A DNA stretch of 64,000 nucleotides from Candidatus Bathyarchaeota archaeon (GTDB lineage: Archaea; Thermoproteota; Bathyarchaeia; Bathyarchaeales; Bathycorpusculaceae): positions 128,001 through 192,000 of the forward strand of contig CAWHXY010000008.1 in the NCBI GenBank assembly GCA_963833575.1, given 5' to 3'. Under the pieces are notes generated by a model. That model worked only from the letters and a program-made list of their open reading frames with translations, ran no database searches and had not been told where the DNA came from. A program made the position numbers and the translations under genes. Shown piece after piece: positions 11,286-21,857 of the stretch (within the stretch, counting starts at the first letter, position 1; each line of letters opens with the position of its first letter).

Positions 11286-11846
11286 ATGGCAGAGAACCAT
11301 GGATCGAAAGATAAGTCAATGGAAGCTTTAGATTTCATAATCAATGTACTGAGAGAACATGAACAAAACTTGGACAAGTCGATAGATCAGTTGGCGACGG
11401 TTACCGAACAAATAGGTAACACAGAGACGTTAAACGCTACATTGGAAAAGGCCGAAGAAAAATTAGACAAACTTCTAAAAGAAGTAACGAGTTTAGTTGG
11501 CTTACTGACAAGCATACCTAACAAAGCTGTACCAACTGCCATGAAAGAACAAGGGCTTCAGACGCAGGTAGCACCTGTAGTATCGCCAGCTGTGTTTCAA
11601 GTAGGAATTTCTGCGATTTTAAATTGCTCAGCATGGGAAGATTTTCAGATCCTTGCAATTCATCCACAAACATTGACTTTTAACTATGATGAAAATGAGA
11701 AGGTTTTCACGGCTAATGCGCTTAAAGGAAACCAGATGATCACATACGCTGGTGCCCTTCCAAGCTTTCCATTAATTCTTAAAATATGGCTATCTGGAAA
11801 GTTGGACATAGCAGAACAGAATATTTTTGAAGGTTCATTGGCTTAA
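11286..11846 (+). CDS. Hypothetical protein with N-terminal coiled coil
   Basis: 186 aa ORF; EALDFIINVLREHEQNLD heptad region. Confidence 0.7.
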   Translation: MAENHGSKDKSMEALDFIINVLREHEQNLDKSIDQLATVTEQIGNTETLNATLEKAEEKLDKLLKEVTSLVGLLTSIPNKAVPTAMKEQGLQTQVAPVVSPAVFQVGISAILNCSAWEDFQILAIHPQTLTFNYDENEKVFTANALKGNQMITYAGALPSFPLILKIWLSGKLDIAEQNIFEGSLA

Positions 11847-12251
11847 CCAAAATAGTATACTTTTTTGGATAATGATTGTTCAGCGTTAAAATAACTGGAG
11901 TTCGCGAACTCCGTAAGTCAAGAAATCCACTGATTCTACTTTGTTTTGTTAAGGATGATTACTTTTCTGTAATCCTTTAGATTGATAGCTGAAACTTGAT
12001 TTTTCGTTATCTGTTGGATTTGCAAATTTGTATGCAAAGTCCCCAAGACTCATATCTTGGTTTGAACAGACGGTGCAAATTAGTTTTTCGCGGTCTTCTT
12101 GTCTGAAACTTAACTGGTTGTTTGAGTTTATCTGATATCCTGTTTCTTTGGCTGTTTTCATTTATTATCCAGACTGACATTTCTTCAATGTCAAGTACAT
12201 CGAATATCCAGCTTCTGATCTTAAGTGGTTAGACCAAAATTTTGCGAATAG

Positions 12252-12644
12252 TCAAATCTTTTTTCTCTCAATTAATTCAATAAGTGTTCCATCTGGGTCT
12301 TCAATAAAAGCAATTATTGTATTTGGATTGAACTTAAATGGTTCATCGGTAACCGTTATTTTTTCTTTTCGCATTCCAGCAATAGTTTTGTTGATGTCTG
12401 CAACTTCAAAGCCTAAATGGTCAAACAAGCGTTCTTCATATTCTGGCTGACTGAACTTCAGTTGATTACGGTACAGGGTTAATTCTAATTTGCAGCCTTC
12501 GCCTCTTGGATCTTGAAGGAAAGCTATTTCCGCGTTGGTCTGTTTGATCTCACGTCTGCTCAGGAGTTTTAAACCTAAAAACCGGGAGTAAAAATCGATG
12601 GATCGATCCATATTACTTGTGCGAATGCTTGCATGAACAAACAT
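12252..12644 (-). CDS. VOC/glyoxalase I family protein
   Basis: HASIRTSNMDRSIDFY, HLGFEVADI, FIEDPDGTLIELIE. Confidence 0.9.
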   Translation of the reverse strand: MFVHASIRTSNMDRSIDFYSRFLGLKLLSRREIKQTNAEIAFLQDPRGEGCKLELTLYRNQLKFSQPEYEERLFDHLGFEVADINKTIAGMRKEKITVTDEPFKFNPNTIIAFIEDPDGTLIELIERKKI

Positions 12645-12702
12645 TTCTTTTCACCTAATATTAAAGTTAAGAAATGAATGGGGGTTTTTTATAATCTTTT
12701 AC

Positions 12703-13122
12703 TTATTGACACCTTTTTGATTGTTTATCTAAGGTTTTGTTTACAAGTGCATCTGCCTTTTGAATTTGTGAATTGCTTCTTGGAACATTGACAAAACTTG
12801 TTTTTTTGAAGCTGCGTTTCAATTCTTGTACTCTGCGCCACAACTTTTGTAATTCGAGATTTTTCACGGTGTATTCGCCCCTGAGCTGTTTGGCAACCAA
12901 TTCGCTGTCAAGATGACAAATCACTTCTTCAACTTTGATGGTAATAGCGAATTCTAAGGCAACAATCAACGCGTTGTACTCCGCTTGGTTGTTGGTGTGG
13001 TTTCCTATGAAAAGGGAATCCTCGTGAATAACCGCGCCTGTATCCGTAACTGCAAGGTATGCTATTGCGGATGGCCCCGGATTTCCTCTTGCGCCGCCGT
13101 CACTATATAGCAGTAAACGCAT
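12703..13122 (-). CDS. rnhA: Ribonuclease HI
   Basis: DGGARGNPG, TNNQAEY, DSELV, N..AD.L catalytic motifs. Confidence 0.93.
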   Translation of the reverse strand: MRLLLYSDGGARGNPGPSAIAYLAVTDTGAVIHEDSLFIGNHTNNQAEYNALIVALEFAITIKVEEVICHLDSELVAKQLRGEYTVKNLELQKLWRRVQELKRSFKKTSFVNVPRSNSQIQKADALVNKTLDKQSKRCQ

Positions 13123-13362
13123 AATTATTTGTCCTCGCTTTCACCTTGACGTTAAAGAAACTAAATTACATGAAACATTGATAAAGAAATCGATGTAAGT
13201 ACAGATCCTTTTCGGCTTTCCCTTTTTGCACTTGCCGATTTTCAGCTTTCTTAAAATTTTTTAGACCCTTTGTTAGATTCAATCTTCGAGCGATTTGAAC
13301 ACAGAAGTAAGAAAAGCAATATAAAGCAAGCTTTTTCAGAATTCTACAACTTTCAATAGTAG

Positions 13363-13559
13363 TAGAAGAAGAAGTGTGCACCCACACGTTTTCTTCTTCT
13401 TTCTAACGCTTAGAAGAAGTAGGACAATCGCAGGGAGCACCGTGTCCTTCTTCTTCTATCAAGAGAAGAACAACACCCCGGTGCTACCACAAACTGTCGT
13501 TGTTCTTCCTTGAATAATTTAAGTTTCATAAGTCTGCCAAACAGCCCGTCGGGCAGATT
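13363..13559 (+). ncRNA. Candidate structured element: four consecutive hairpins with loop-loop complementarity
   Basis: Stems at 13364-13400, 13411-13458, 13459-13513 and 13531-13559 read directly from the sequence; TATAAA about 13320 upstream. Confidence 0.45.
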
Positions 13560-13745
13560 GACTATTCATTTTGATTTGAACTAATTTGTCATTACCTCTC
13601 ATTTTATAAAAATGTCTAATACTTTCTATTTTTGACTAAAATTGTCGAATAACGAACCTAGTTACAGATAAATTAATCCTTGATTAAGAAAACAAGCAAA
13701 AGAGTAAAGAAAAGAATCGGGCCAGAAAAAAATCAATTTCTTCTC

Positions 13746-14126
13746 TTATTTGAGCGACTCTTTCAAAGCAGAAAAGTAAGCTAACACCTGGCCAATTTGC
13801 TCTTCAGACATCGATAGAATAGTTTTAACGGCTGTTTTCTGCTTTGCTGATGAAGAAACCGCTATAGTGGCTAAAGCATAATCAAGGCTTGTAAAAAGGG
13901 GGTCCCAAGGAATGTTAACTCGTTTACCTTTCAAGTTGTATAACGCAAGGACAAAGGCGCTAGCCCTGCTTAAGCTATCTTTAAAGGACTGTACAGATTG
14001 ACCAATAGTTATGCTATCGTAATCTTTCCCAGATAGAAAACTCTTAATTACTGAGTAATTTTTTTCTAAATTCTGAATTTCCTCAATAAGATCTTGCTTA
14101 ATTTTAGCTTCGGTATTGTCTTGCAT
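13746..14126 (-). CDS. Hypothetical helical protein
   Basis: 126 aa ORF divergent from leuS. Confidence 0.7.
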   Translation of the reverse strand: MQDNTEAKIKQDLIEEIQNLEKNYSVIKSFLSGKDYDSITIGQSVQSFKDSLSRASAFVLALYNLKGKRVNIPWDPLFTSLDYALATIAVSSSAKQKTAVKTILSMSEEQIGQVLAYFSALKESLK

Positions 14127-14275
14127 GCTTCATCGCTTTGTTGTATGTGAAAATCAAGTAGATAAGACTTTTTTTCGTTTCACGAATTTTTTTGAGTCAT
14201 GATACAGAAATGTTAAGATCCAGTTAAAATCGAAAGCAAAACTCTTAATAGCCAATGACTTAATCAACAAGTTTC

Positions 14276-17158
14276 ATGAGCCAAACCAAGCAAATCGAGC
14301 AGAAATGGCACACCAAATGGGAAAACGCACATGTTTTTGAGGCTGATCCTGATCCAGAAAGAAAGAAAATAATGGTAACTTTTCCATTCCCATACATGAA
14401 CGGTCCATTGCATGTTGGGCATACCTTCACGGCTTCAAGGGTTGATGCTTACGCGCGGTTTAAGCGTATGCAAGGTTACAATGTGCTCTGGCCTTGGGCT
14501 TGGCATTGGACAGGTCAACCGCTTTTAGGAGCCAGCCAACGAGTAGCCAGGGGCGACGAAGCCTATGTTAAAGTGCTCCGTGAAGTTGACGGCGTACCAG
14601 AATCAGAACTAAAAAAATTCGTTGACCCCTTGTACATGGCTCAATATTACACTAATGAAGGACGATTAGCCGCCAAAGGCATTGGGTTCTCGATTGATTG
14701 GCGACGAGAATTCACAACTGTAATGCCTACATTCCAAAAATTTATCGAGTGGCAATACAAAAACCTTAAAGAAAAAGGCTATGTTACCCGGGGAACTCAC
14801 CCAGTAGTGTGGTGTCCCAAAGATCAAAGCCCAACAGGTGATCATGACCGCCAAATAGGCGAAGGCGTCACCCCAGAGCAATATACTTTAATAAAATATA
14901 AGCTGGGTGACAACACGTTTTTGCCAGCTGCAACTTTCCGGCCAGAAACCATCTATGGAATCACAAATATCTGGATAAATCCAGATGCCGAATATGTTGA
15001 AGCAGACGTTAATGGTGAAAACTGGATTGTTAGCCAAGAAGCCTCTGAGAAACTGAAAGAGCAACAAAAGAAAGTTCAAGTCAAACGCTCATTTAAAGGG
15101 AAAGAACTTATTGGCAAAATCTTTGAAAATCCAGTTACTAAATGTAAGTTTCCAATTTTGCCGGGGTGGTTTGTGGACCCTAAAACTGCTACAGGCATTG
15201 TTTACAGTGTGCCGGCACATGCACCATACGATTGGCTTGCGCTTAAGGATTTGCAGGATAAGGCTGAAGTGCTTGCGGAGTTTGGCATTGACCCAGAAAT
15301 GGTCATGCAGATAAAGCCTATTTCGATAATCAAAGTTGAAGGTTTGAGCGAGTACCCGGCAGTTGAAATAGTCAAGCAAATGGGCATAAAAGATCAGCAT
15401 GACCCTAAAGCTGATGAGGCAACAAAAGCAATCTACAAAAAAGAGTTTCATAGCGGAGTTTTAAAAGAGAATTGTGGACCTTACGCTGGAAAAACCGTCC
15501 GGGAAGTCAAAGACACCCTTATTGAAGACTTTCGTAAGCTCGGCGTCGCCGACTGCATGTACGACTTGCCAGAACAAGTGGTTTGCAGATGCATGACCCA
15601 ATGCATAGTAAAGATTCTCTCAGATCAATGGTTCCTAAACTACTCGGACCCCGAATGGAAATCAAAAGCAAAAGAAGCCGTAGCAAAGATGACAATTTAC
15701 CCAGACTCTGCAAAACAATCCTTCTACACTGTCATAGATTGGCTTAGAGAATGGGCATGCGCAAGAACAACAGGGTTTGGAACACCACTGCCATGGGGGA
15801 AAGGCTGGATAATCGAAACACTAAGCGATTCTACAGTTTATATGGCATTTTACACAATTAACAATCACATAAAACAAAACAACATCAAACCCGAAACTTT
15901 AACGCCTGAGGTCTTCGACTACATTTTCTATGGAAAAGGAAATCCAATCGAACTTCAAGAAGCAATTGGAATAAACACTTCTTTACTAGACGCGATGCGA
16001 AATGAATTTTTATACTGGTATCCATTCGACCTTAGAAACTCAGCTAAAGAACTAGTCCCAAACCATTTGTCCTTCTGCATCTTCCATCACGCTGCCCTGT
16101 TTCCACCTGAGCATTGGCCAAAAGCCATCGGAGTAAATGGCATGCTTATGGTCGAAGGACAAGGAATGCACAAAAGCAAAGGCAACTTCATAACAATGAA
16201 AGCTGCTGTTGAAAAGTATGGAGCCGACGCCACTCGATGTGCATTGTTATTGGGAGCGGAAGGCATGGATGACCCAGATTGGCGCACAGAAAACGTTAGC
16301 GATTTACAGGGTAAGTTTGAGGCGCTGATTACTTTTGCAAGCGGAATAATGATTTCTGCCAAAAAGGATGAGAACACGACGCTTGAACGTTGGCTTATAG
16401 GTAAACTTCAGCACCGAATAGAAGAAGTTACAGCAAGCTTGAATGAGCTCAAAACACGAACCGCATTGCAGACTGCATTGTTTGAAACTTGGAATGACCT
16501 GCGCTGGTACATCCAACGGAAAGGCAGAAGTGACGCTAAAGCGTTGCGTGAAGCTGTGATTGTTTGGCTCAAATTGCTTGCACCTTTTGCACCTTTCATT
16601 ACAGAGGAACTTTGGAGTCAAACAGGCGAAGCGGGCTTTATCAGTGTCACATCGTGGCCGGTTTGCGATGAAGCAAAAGTGGATGTGGCGGCTGAAGAAC
16701 AGGAAAACTTCGTAACTGATTTAATGTCAGACACATCAAACATACTAAAAGCGATGAAGATTACACCTAAACGTGTGTGTTACTACACCGCTGCATCATG
16801 GAAATGGCAAGTGTACCTAAAGATTTTGGAGAAGTCTTTATCTGGGGAAGCGAAAATTAACGAGTTAATGAAAGAATTTGCCACAGATAAAGATTTAAAG
16901 CCACGTATGAAGGATATTGCCGGGTTGGTTCCAAGAGCAATGAAAGCTTTAGCTAAACTTCCAAGCGAGAGAAAAACTAGCATTTTAAAAATTAAAAAGG
17001 TGAATGAGAAAGAACTCTTGGAAAACTCGGTTTGCTTTTTGAAAGAACGATTCAAAGCTGAAGTATCGGTTTACAGCGAAGATGACCAGACGCGCTATGA
17101 CCCTAAATGTCGAGCATTAATGACTATGCCTTATCAACCAGCAATATACGTTGAGTAA
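14276..17158 (+). CDS. leuS: Leucine--tRNA ligase (archaeal type)
   Basis: FPYMNGPLHVGH (HIGH), MHKSKGN (KMSKS-like), ETLSDSTVY. Confidence 0.97.
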   Translation: MSQTKQIEQKWHTKWENAHVFEADPDPERKKIMVTFPFPYMNGPLHVGHTFTASRVDAYARFKRMQGYNVLWPWAWHWTGQPLLGASQRVARGDEAYVKVLREVDGVPESELKKFVDPLYMAQYYTNEGRLAAKGIGFSIDWRREFTTVMPTFQKFIEWQYKNLKEKGYVTRGTHPVVWCPKDQSPTGDHDRQIGEGVTPEQYTLIKYKLGDNTFLPAATFRPETIYGITNIWINPDAEYVEADVNGENWIVSQEASEKLKEQQKKVQVKRSFKGKELIGKIFENPVTKCKFPILPGWFVDPKTATGIVYSVPAHAPYDWLALKDLQDKAEVLAEFGIDPEMVMQIKPISIIKVEGLSEYPAVEIVKQMGIKDQHDPKADEATKAIYKKEFHSGVLKENCGPYAGKTVREVKDTLIEDFRKLGVADCMYDLPEQVVCRCMTQCIVKILSDQWFLNYSDPEWKSKAKEAVAKMTIYPDSAKQSFYTVIDWLREWACARTTGFGTPLPWGKGWIIETLSDSTVYMAFYTINNHIKQNNIKPETLTPEVFDYIFYGKGNPIELQEAIGINTSLLDAMRNEFLYWYPFDLRNSAKELVPNHLSFCIFHHAALFPPEHWPKAIGVNGMLMVEGQGMHKSKGNFITMKAAVEKYGADATRCALLLGAEGMDDPDWRTENVSDLQGKFEALITFASGIMISAKKDENTTLERWLIGKLQHRIEEVTASLNELKTRTALQTALFETWNDLRWYIQRKGRSDAKALREAVIVWLKLLAPFAPFITEELWSQTGEAGFISVTSWPVCDEAKVDVAAEEQENFVTDLMSDTSNILKAMKITPKRVCYYTAASWKWQVYLKILEKSLSGEAKINELMKEFATDKDLKPRMKDIAGLVPRAMKALAKLPSERKTSILKIKKVNEKELLENSVCFLKERFKAEVSVYSEDDQTRYDPKCRALMTMPYQPAIYVE

Positions 17159-17286
17159 TCGTAAATTTACTTTTTTCTTCATTGTTAGATTTGAATTCAA
17201 TGTGGATGAAAAGCAATTTAGAGCAGCCAAACAGTAAATCCAATGCACAACAAGCAATCATTTGATAGCAAGAGGAAAGTGACTTA

Positions 17287-18249
17287 ATGGTTAAACTTGA
17301 TCACTCATTAACTTACGAGATAAAACCAGTTTCTCCCTTCAACTTTGATCTCACCGTTCGGAAGCCGGCAGGATGGCCTTTGTTCACACCATTGGAAATT
17401 TACGATAAGGGCAATCTCTGGACCGCTGTGCATCTGAATGATACGCTAATTGGATTAATTCTCACTTCAAGAGGCACCGTTAAGAATCCGCGCATAGAAG
17501 CAAAGATATTCTTAAAAAGCAAGACATCGAAGGAGAAACTCGATAAAATAAAGAAGACGTTGGTGCATAGTATTGGCGCGGACGAAGACCTTTATGAATT
17601 TTATGCGCTGGCAAAGAAGGATCCGATCCTAAAGTATGTAGTCGCTGATTTGTTCGGCATGCATAGTACTTCTTCCGGAGACACTGTTTTTCCAGATGCA
17701 CTTCTAGCAATACTTCTCCAGATGGCTCCGCTTAAAAGAAGTAACGAAATGATGAATTGTGTGATTACAAAATTTGGGGAGCAAGCCGAATTTGACGGCA
17801 AATCAATCTATATTTGGCCCACGCCAGCAAATCTAGTTAATCTAAATCCTGAAATATTTTCCAAATCCTGCAAGATTGGCTACAGAGCAAAGCGCATCGT
17901 AAAACTCTCCGAAAAGCTGACAAAAGAAGATTTTCCTAAACTTCAGGAACTAGAAATGCTGAGTGCCGAGGAAGCAAAAAAGAAACTTCTGGAATTGCCA
18001 GGCATAGGCGATTATTCTGCTGATATAATAAATCCACATGGGGGATTCCCGATAGACGTCTGGTCTGCTGAGGTTTTTGGCAAGCTTTTCTTTGGTAAGG
18101 AGCCAGAGAACAACAGGCAAGCTGTCGATGAAGTAAAGAAGGAAGGCATCTTGAGGTGGGGTAAGTGGTCTTGGATGGCTTTCTTCTATATAGTTCAAGA
18201 CCTTGAAAACCTGTCTAAAAGACTGAGCATAAAGCTTAGGCTGGCTTGA
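17287..18249 (+). CDS. HhH-GPD DNA glycosylase (AlkA/Ogg-like)
   Basis: LLELPGIGDYSAD helix-hairpin-helix followed by FPIDVW. Confidence 0.85.
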   Translation: MVKLDHSLTYEIKPVSPFNFDLTVRKPAGWPLFTPLEIYDKGNLWTAVHLNDTLIGLILTSRGTVKNPRIEAKIFLKSKTSKEKLDKIKKTLVHSIGADEDLYEFYALAKKDPILKYVVADLFGMHSTSSGDTVFPDALLAILLQMAPLKRSNEMMNCVITKFGEQAEFDGKSIYIWPTPANLVNLNPEIFSKSCKIGYRAKRIVKLSEKLTKEDFPKLQELEMLSAEEAKKKLLELPGIGDYSADIINPHGGFPIDVWSAEVFGKLFFGKEPENNRQAVDEVKKEGILRWGKWSWMAFFYIVQDLENLSKRLSIKLRLA

Positions 18250-18296
18250 TTTTAAAAAACAACGTCAGTTTGGAGAAAAGTCTTTTTATTAGTTTT

Positions 18297-18695
18297 TTAG
18301 CTGCTTGCTTCTTGAGGGGCTTCTCGGTTTTTAAGTTTTTCTTCAAGAAGCATTAGTAGTTCTTGAGGCTTCACAGGTTTAACCAAGTAAGCATCAGCAC
18401 CTTCATCAAGCGCTTTAACGCCGGTTTCCAATGATGGAAAACCAGTAATCATTATTTTAACTGTGTGTTGGAGTTGTTTTTTGAGTTTAGCAAGTAAGTC
18501 CGTGCCATCCATATCTGGAAGTCTTATGTCAACTAATGCTAAATCATAATGGTGATTTTCAGCTTTTTCTTGGGCTTCTTTTCCGGTTTCTGCGACATCA
18601 ATTTCGTAGCCGCTTTTTTGAAGAATACGTGTGAATGTTCGAAGTATTGACTTATCGTCATCAACAACAAGTATGGTTTTCTTAGATGTGTCCAC
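18297..18695 (-). CDS. Single-domain response regulator (receiver)
   Basis: ILVVDDD, VDIRLPDMDG, ITG, YLVKP; probable GTG start at 18695. Confidence 0.92.
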   Translation of the reverse strand: MDTSKKTILVVDDDKSILRTFTRILQKSGYEIDVAETGKEAQEKAENHHYDLALVDIRLPDMDGTDLLAKLKKQLQHTVKIMITGFPSLETGVKALDEGADAYLVKPVKPQELLMLLEEKLKNREAPQEASS

Positions 18696-18964
18696 TTTAG
18701 TCAAACCTTCATTATTTGAACATGTGTTTTTCTTCAACTTCAATAAGTTGAATGATAAGCTGTCGAAGTCTTTGCAACCTTCAAACCAAACACTGCTTGA
18801 TTTAAGGCAACAAGATTTCTACCCTTTTTTTGGGAATAATTTAAAGATGTTTTTCGAGATTAATAAACGCTATCCCCTTTGTCAATTTAGCATAACTTTT
18901 CTTAATAAAAAATCAATAAGGTTATTAAAAAGAAAAACTTCATAACAGTTAGATCTGAAAATTT

Positions 18965-20422
18965 TTGATGACCCAATCTGTTTCTTACAAAATCACTTCA
19001 GAAATACCGCCTAGCTACATGCAAAAACTATTCGACTACATATACAGCCAGTATTTAGTTCCGCAAAAAAAGAGATTTAATGATATTTCCCGCGAAACCT
19101 CGAACAAAGGTGACTTTCTCTCATACACTATTGTTGATGCAGAAGGAAAGCAGCTTCTGAGAGTGGAAGCTAAAAGCGGAAACCCCATAGAACTAAAATT
19201 AACGCCTATTGATCCAACAGTTTCTCCACAAGTTATTGAGGAAGCAAAACAAGACATCATTATTTCAACTCAAATATTTAGGGAAAACACTAAGAAAGCA
19301 ACCGTTTATTTTGCTTGGAGAGAAGGAGAAGAGGTAGTCCCAGAGGCATATACGAAGCCTGAAAAATCTTTCAATCGTCTTTTCCTTGAAACACAAGTTT
19401 TGTTTTTTATGGTATTCATTGTTTTTGGAATAGGAATTTTCATAGCTATAACAACGTTTTATCCTGCGTGGTTCTGGGTTGCACCGATAATTCTTATTGG
19501 CATACAAGCAGTTTTTGTTTTTTTCTCCAACAATTTTATTGCAAGAACAGCTGATTGGAAAATCACTAGAGAAAATCCGATTATTCATTTCTTGGAATAT
19601 TATTTGCCGGTTAGTGAAGAGGCAGATTTTAACAAGAAATATTCCCGAGAGCAGCTTTTAGCTATCAAGAAAGAGATTTATGATGAAATACTCGCTAAGC
19701 GAGGTGAGATAGATCCTGTTGAAGCTCAGCAGGTTTTCTTAAAGCATGGTGTGCCATGTCAGCTGGAGAATTTGAAAGCTAAAAAAGTTAATGTTTACGA
19801 AATGGTAAAAAATATTGCTGATCGTTTCCGTTTTCCGATGCCTAAGATTGTTGTTTCAAACACTATGGTTCCTAACGCTGCAGCTTCGGGACCAAGCCCA
19901 AGCCGTGGATTGGTTTTGATAACAACTGGGCTTCTTGTTCAACTTGAAGAAAACGAGATTCTCAGCGTTCTAGGTCATGAATTTGGTCACTTAAAAGGTA
20001 GAGACCCATTAATTCTCTATGGGTTAGTTTCCGCGGAATTTCTGTTTCGCTTCTATGTGTTGCTTCAGTTTTTCCCAATAGTTTTCACAACATTGCTGTT
20101 CTTTGTTTACTTCTGGGCTGTCATGGTTGTCATATTCTTTATAGCAAAATTCTTTGAAGCCCGAGCTGATTTAGTCTCCGCCATTATGGTTGGGACGCCG
20201 CAAGTTTTAGCTGGCTCACTTGAAAAAATTGGTTTCCAACGGTTATTGTATGAGCGGACGCCATCCTATCGTTTTCAAGAATGGTTAGGGTTAGATCCTC
20301 ACCCACCTATTTACTTTAGAGTGAACCGGTTAGAGAATCTGTCCTCTGAGGAAATTAAGCATCCACTACTTCGATCAATAAGAGACGTTACAAAGGGATT
20401 CCTTGCAACATTACGAAGCTAA
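18965..20422 (+). CDS. M48 (HtpX-like) membrane zinc metalloprotease with long N-terminal extension
   Basis: PNAAA.G, HEFGH, E.RAD and HPP...R motifs; four TM segments. Confidence 0.88.
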   Translation: MMTQSVSYKITSEIPPSYMQKLFDYIYSQYLVPQKKRFNDISRETSNKGDFLSYTIVDAEGKQLLRVEAKSGNPIELKLTPIDPTVSPQVIEEAKQDIIISTQIFRENTKKATVYFAWREGEEVVPEAYTKPEKSFNRLFLETQVLFFMVFIVFGIGIFIAITTFYPAWFWVAPIILIGIQAVFVFFSNNFIARTADWKITRENPIIHFLEYYLPVSEEADFNKKYSREQLLAIKKEIYDEILAKRGEIDPVEAQQVFLKHGVPCQLENLKAKKVNVYEMVKNIADRFRFPMPKIVVSNTMVPNAAASGPSPSRGLVLITTGLLVQLEENEILSVLGHEFGHLKGRDPLILYGLVSAEFLFRFYVLLQFFPIVFTTLLFFVYFWAVMVVIFFIAKFFEARADLVSAIMVGTPQVLAGSLEKIGFQRLLYERTPSYRFQEWLGLDPHPPIYFRVNRLENLSSEEIKHPLLRSIRDVTKGFLATLRS

Positions 20423-20679
20423 AATTTCATTCGTTTGATTGATTGCGAATGAAACAGTTTTTCGCACCTTTTTATCAGCTTGGTTTGGGTTGTTTTTTGT
20501 TTTAGGGCGTAAAATAGTTGCAGGTTGCGTCTAGAATTGTCCCTAATTGTCCGCAGATAATCGAGCTTATTGTCGATTGCTGGACATGACCTTTAGACTG
20601 TATTTGGAAGTCGGTGCAAATTTGATCAACTTGCTTTACACTGCTTTCTTAAATTAGGCTTTGAAGGGTCTGCAGGTTG

Positions 20680-20735
20680 TGTGCTAGTTTGTGCCAATAT
20701 GTGCTAGATTGTGCTGTTCTGTGTGGATTTGTGCT
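20680..20735. repeat. Six TGTGCT-type motifs at exact 10 bp period
   Basis: TGTGCT 20680, TGTGCC 20690, TGTGCT 20700, TGTGCT 20710, TGTGTG 20720, TGTGCT 20730. Confidence 0.8.
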
Positions 20736-20859
20736 TTTCGTACGAAAGTAATGCATGTTCAAGGAGGCTTAGCTCGAATTAACTTAGCTTTTTCACATGG
20801 GTTTTCTCGAAACGCTTATCCGTTTGTAAGATTTACTTTAATTTGGTTTTTGGAGCGTC

Positions 20860-21810
20860 TTGCCAATGAGTTATTCGGTGCAGTTAATTAGCCCACAGGA
20901 AAAAGACAAACTCTTCCAAGTCTATGAGCAACGTTTACTATACACGAGCAAAGCTGATGTCTACGGTTGCTGCATTAAATTGTTAACCGAGTCTGAAGAA
21001 ACTAGAAATGAATGGGAAGACAATTTCTACACTGCAAACGAAAACACCCGATCCCATGGACGATTAATTGAAGTTAACGAGCCAGGTCAGCCTTTAAGCG
21101 TAAAATATGATCCCTATACAAAAACCGCTTTTTTAGTTAACGTTGACTATTATGGCTGGATAAAAAGCATTGCGCTTGCCATAGCCGGAGATGTACTAGA
21201 AGATGAGCACAGAATTTATTCAGTTCATGGCGCCGCAATAGATGTAGGCTGCCTTGGTGTTTCAATAATTGCTCCTTCAGGCACAGGTAAAACAACACAT
21301 TCTTGGGGTTTGTTGCTTCTTCAAAATGCCCGATTAATCTCTGACGATTGGTACTTTGTTAGGCTCTCAAGTCATTTGCCTTTAGCTTTTGGCTCAGAAA
21401 AAAACTGTTACATAGATGCTGACTTAGGCAAGATTTGGAATAAGTATGAGAGTTTGGTTGACAAAGCAAAGTTTGACAAAAGAGGCAGGGCAATCGTAAA
21501 TGTCCGATGGATTGTAGGAGGGGGCGGCGTGATTCCAATGGAAACCCTTCACAAAATAATTCTTTTGAAAAGAGACCCCAAAGACAAAAACATAGTGACT
21601 CGCCTAAATTCCGCGGAAGCGTTAAAGTTCATGCTTGACCATAATTTTTGCAATCCCCACCAATTAGTAAAAGATGAACGCAAAGTTGAGTTAAGAAAAA
21701 CTTTCTTCCAAAAACTCTTTGGACAAACTGATGTTTACCTAGTAAACACAACAGGAACCCCGCAGGATACCCAAAAAGAGATTAGAAAGTTACTTTCTTT
21801 GAAAAAATAA
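20860..21810 (+). CDS. HPr kinase/PEPCK-like P-loop protein
   Basis: HGAAI...APSGTGKTT...LISDDW motifs. Confidence 0.8.
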   Translation: MPMSYSVQLISPQEKDKLFQVYEQRLLYTSKADVYGCCIKLLTESEETRNEWEDNFYTANENTRSHGRLIEVNEPGQPLSVKYDPYTKTAFLVNVDYYGWIKSIALAIAGDVLEDEHRIYSVHGAAIDVGCLGVSIIAPSGTGKTTHSWGLLLLQNARLISDDWYFVRLSSHLPLAFGSEKNCYIDADLGKIWNKYESLVDKAKFDKRGRAIVNVRWIVGGGGVIPMETLHKIILLKRDPKDKNIVTRLNSAEALKFMLDHNFCNPHQLVKDERKVELRKTFFQKLFGQTDVYLVNTTGTPQDTQKEIRKLLSLKK

Positions 21811-21857
21811 GCTATTTTTATGCAAAGAATAATAAAGCTCAACTGTCGAGTTACCAA

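Noticed and set aside
14666-17055. Short antisense and alternate-frame ORFs in the track (here and inside most long genes)
   Set aside because: They are shadows of well-supported genes and have no recognisable motifs.
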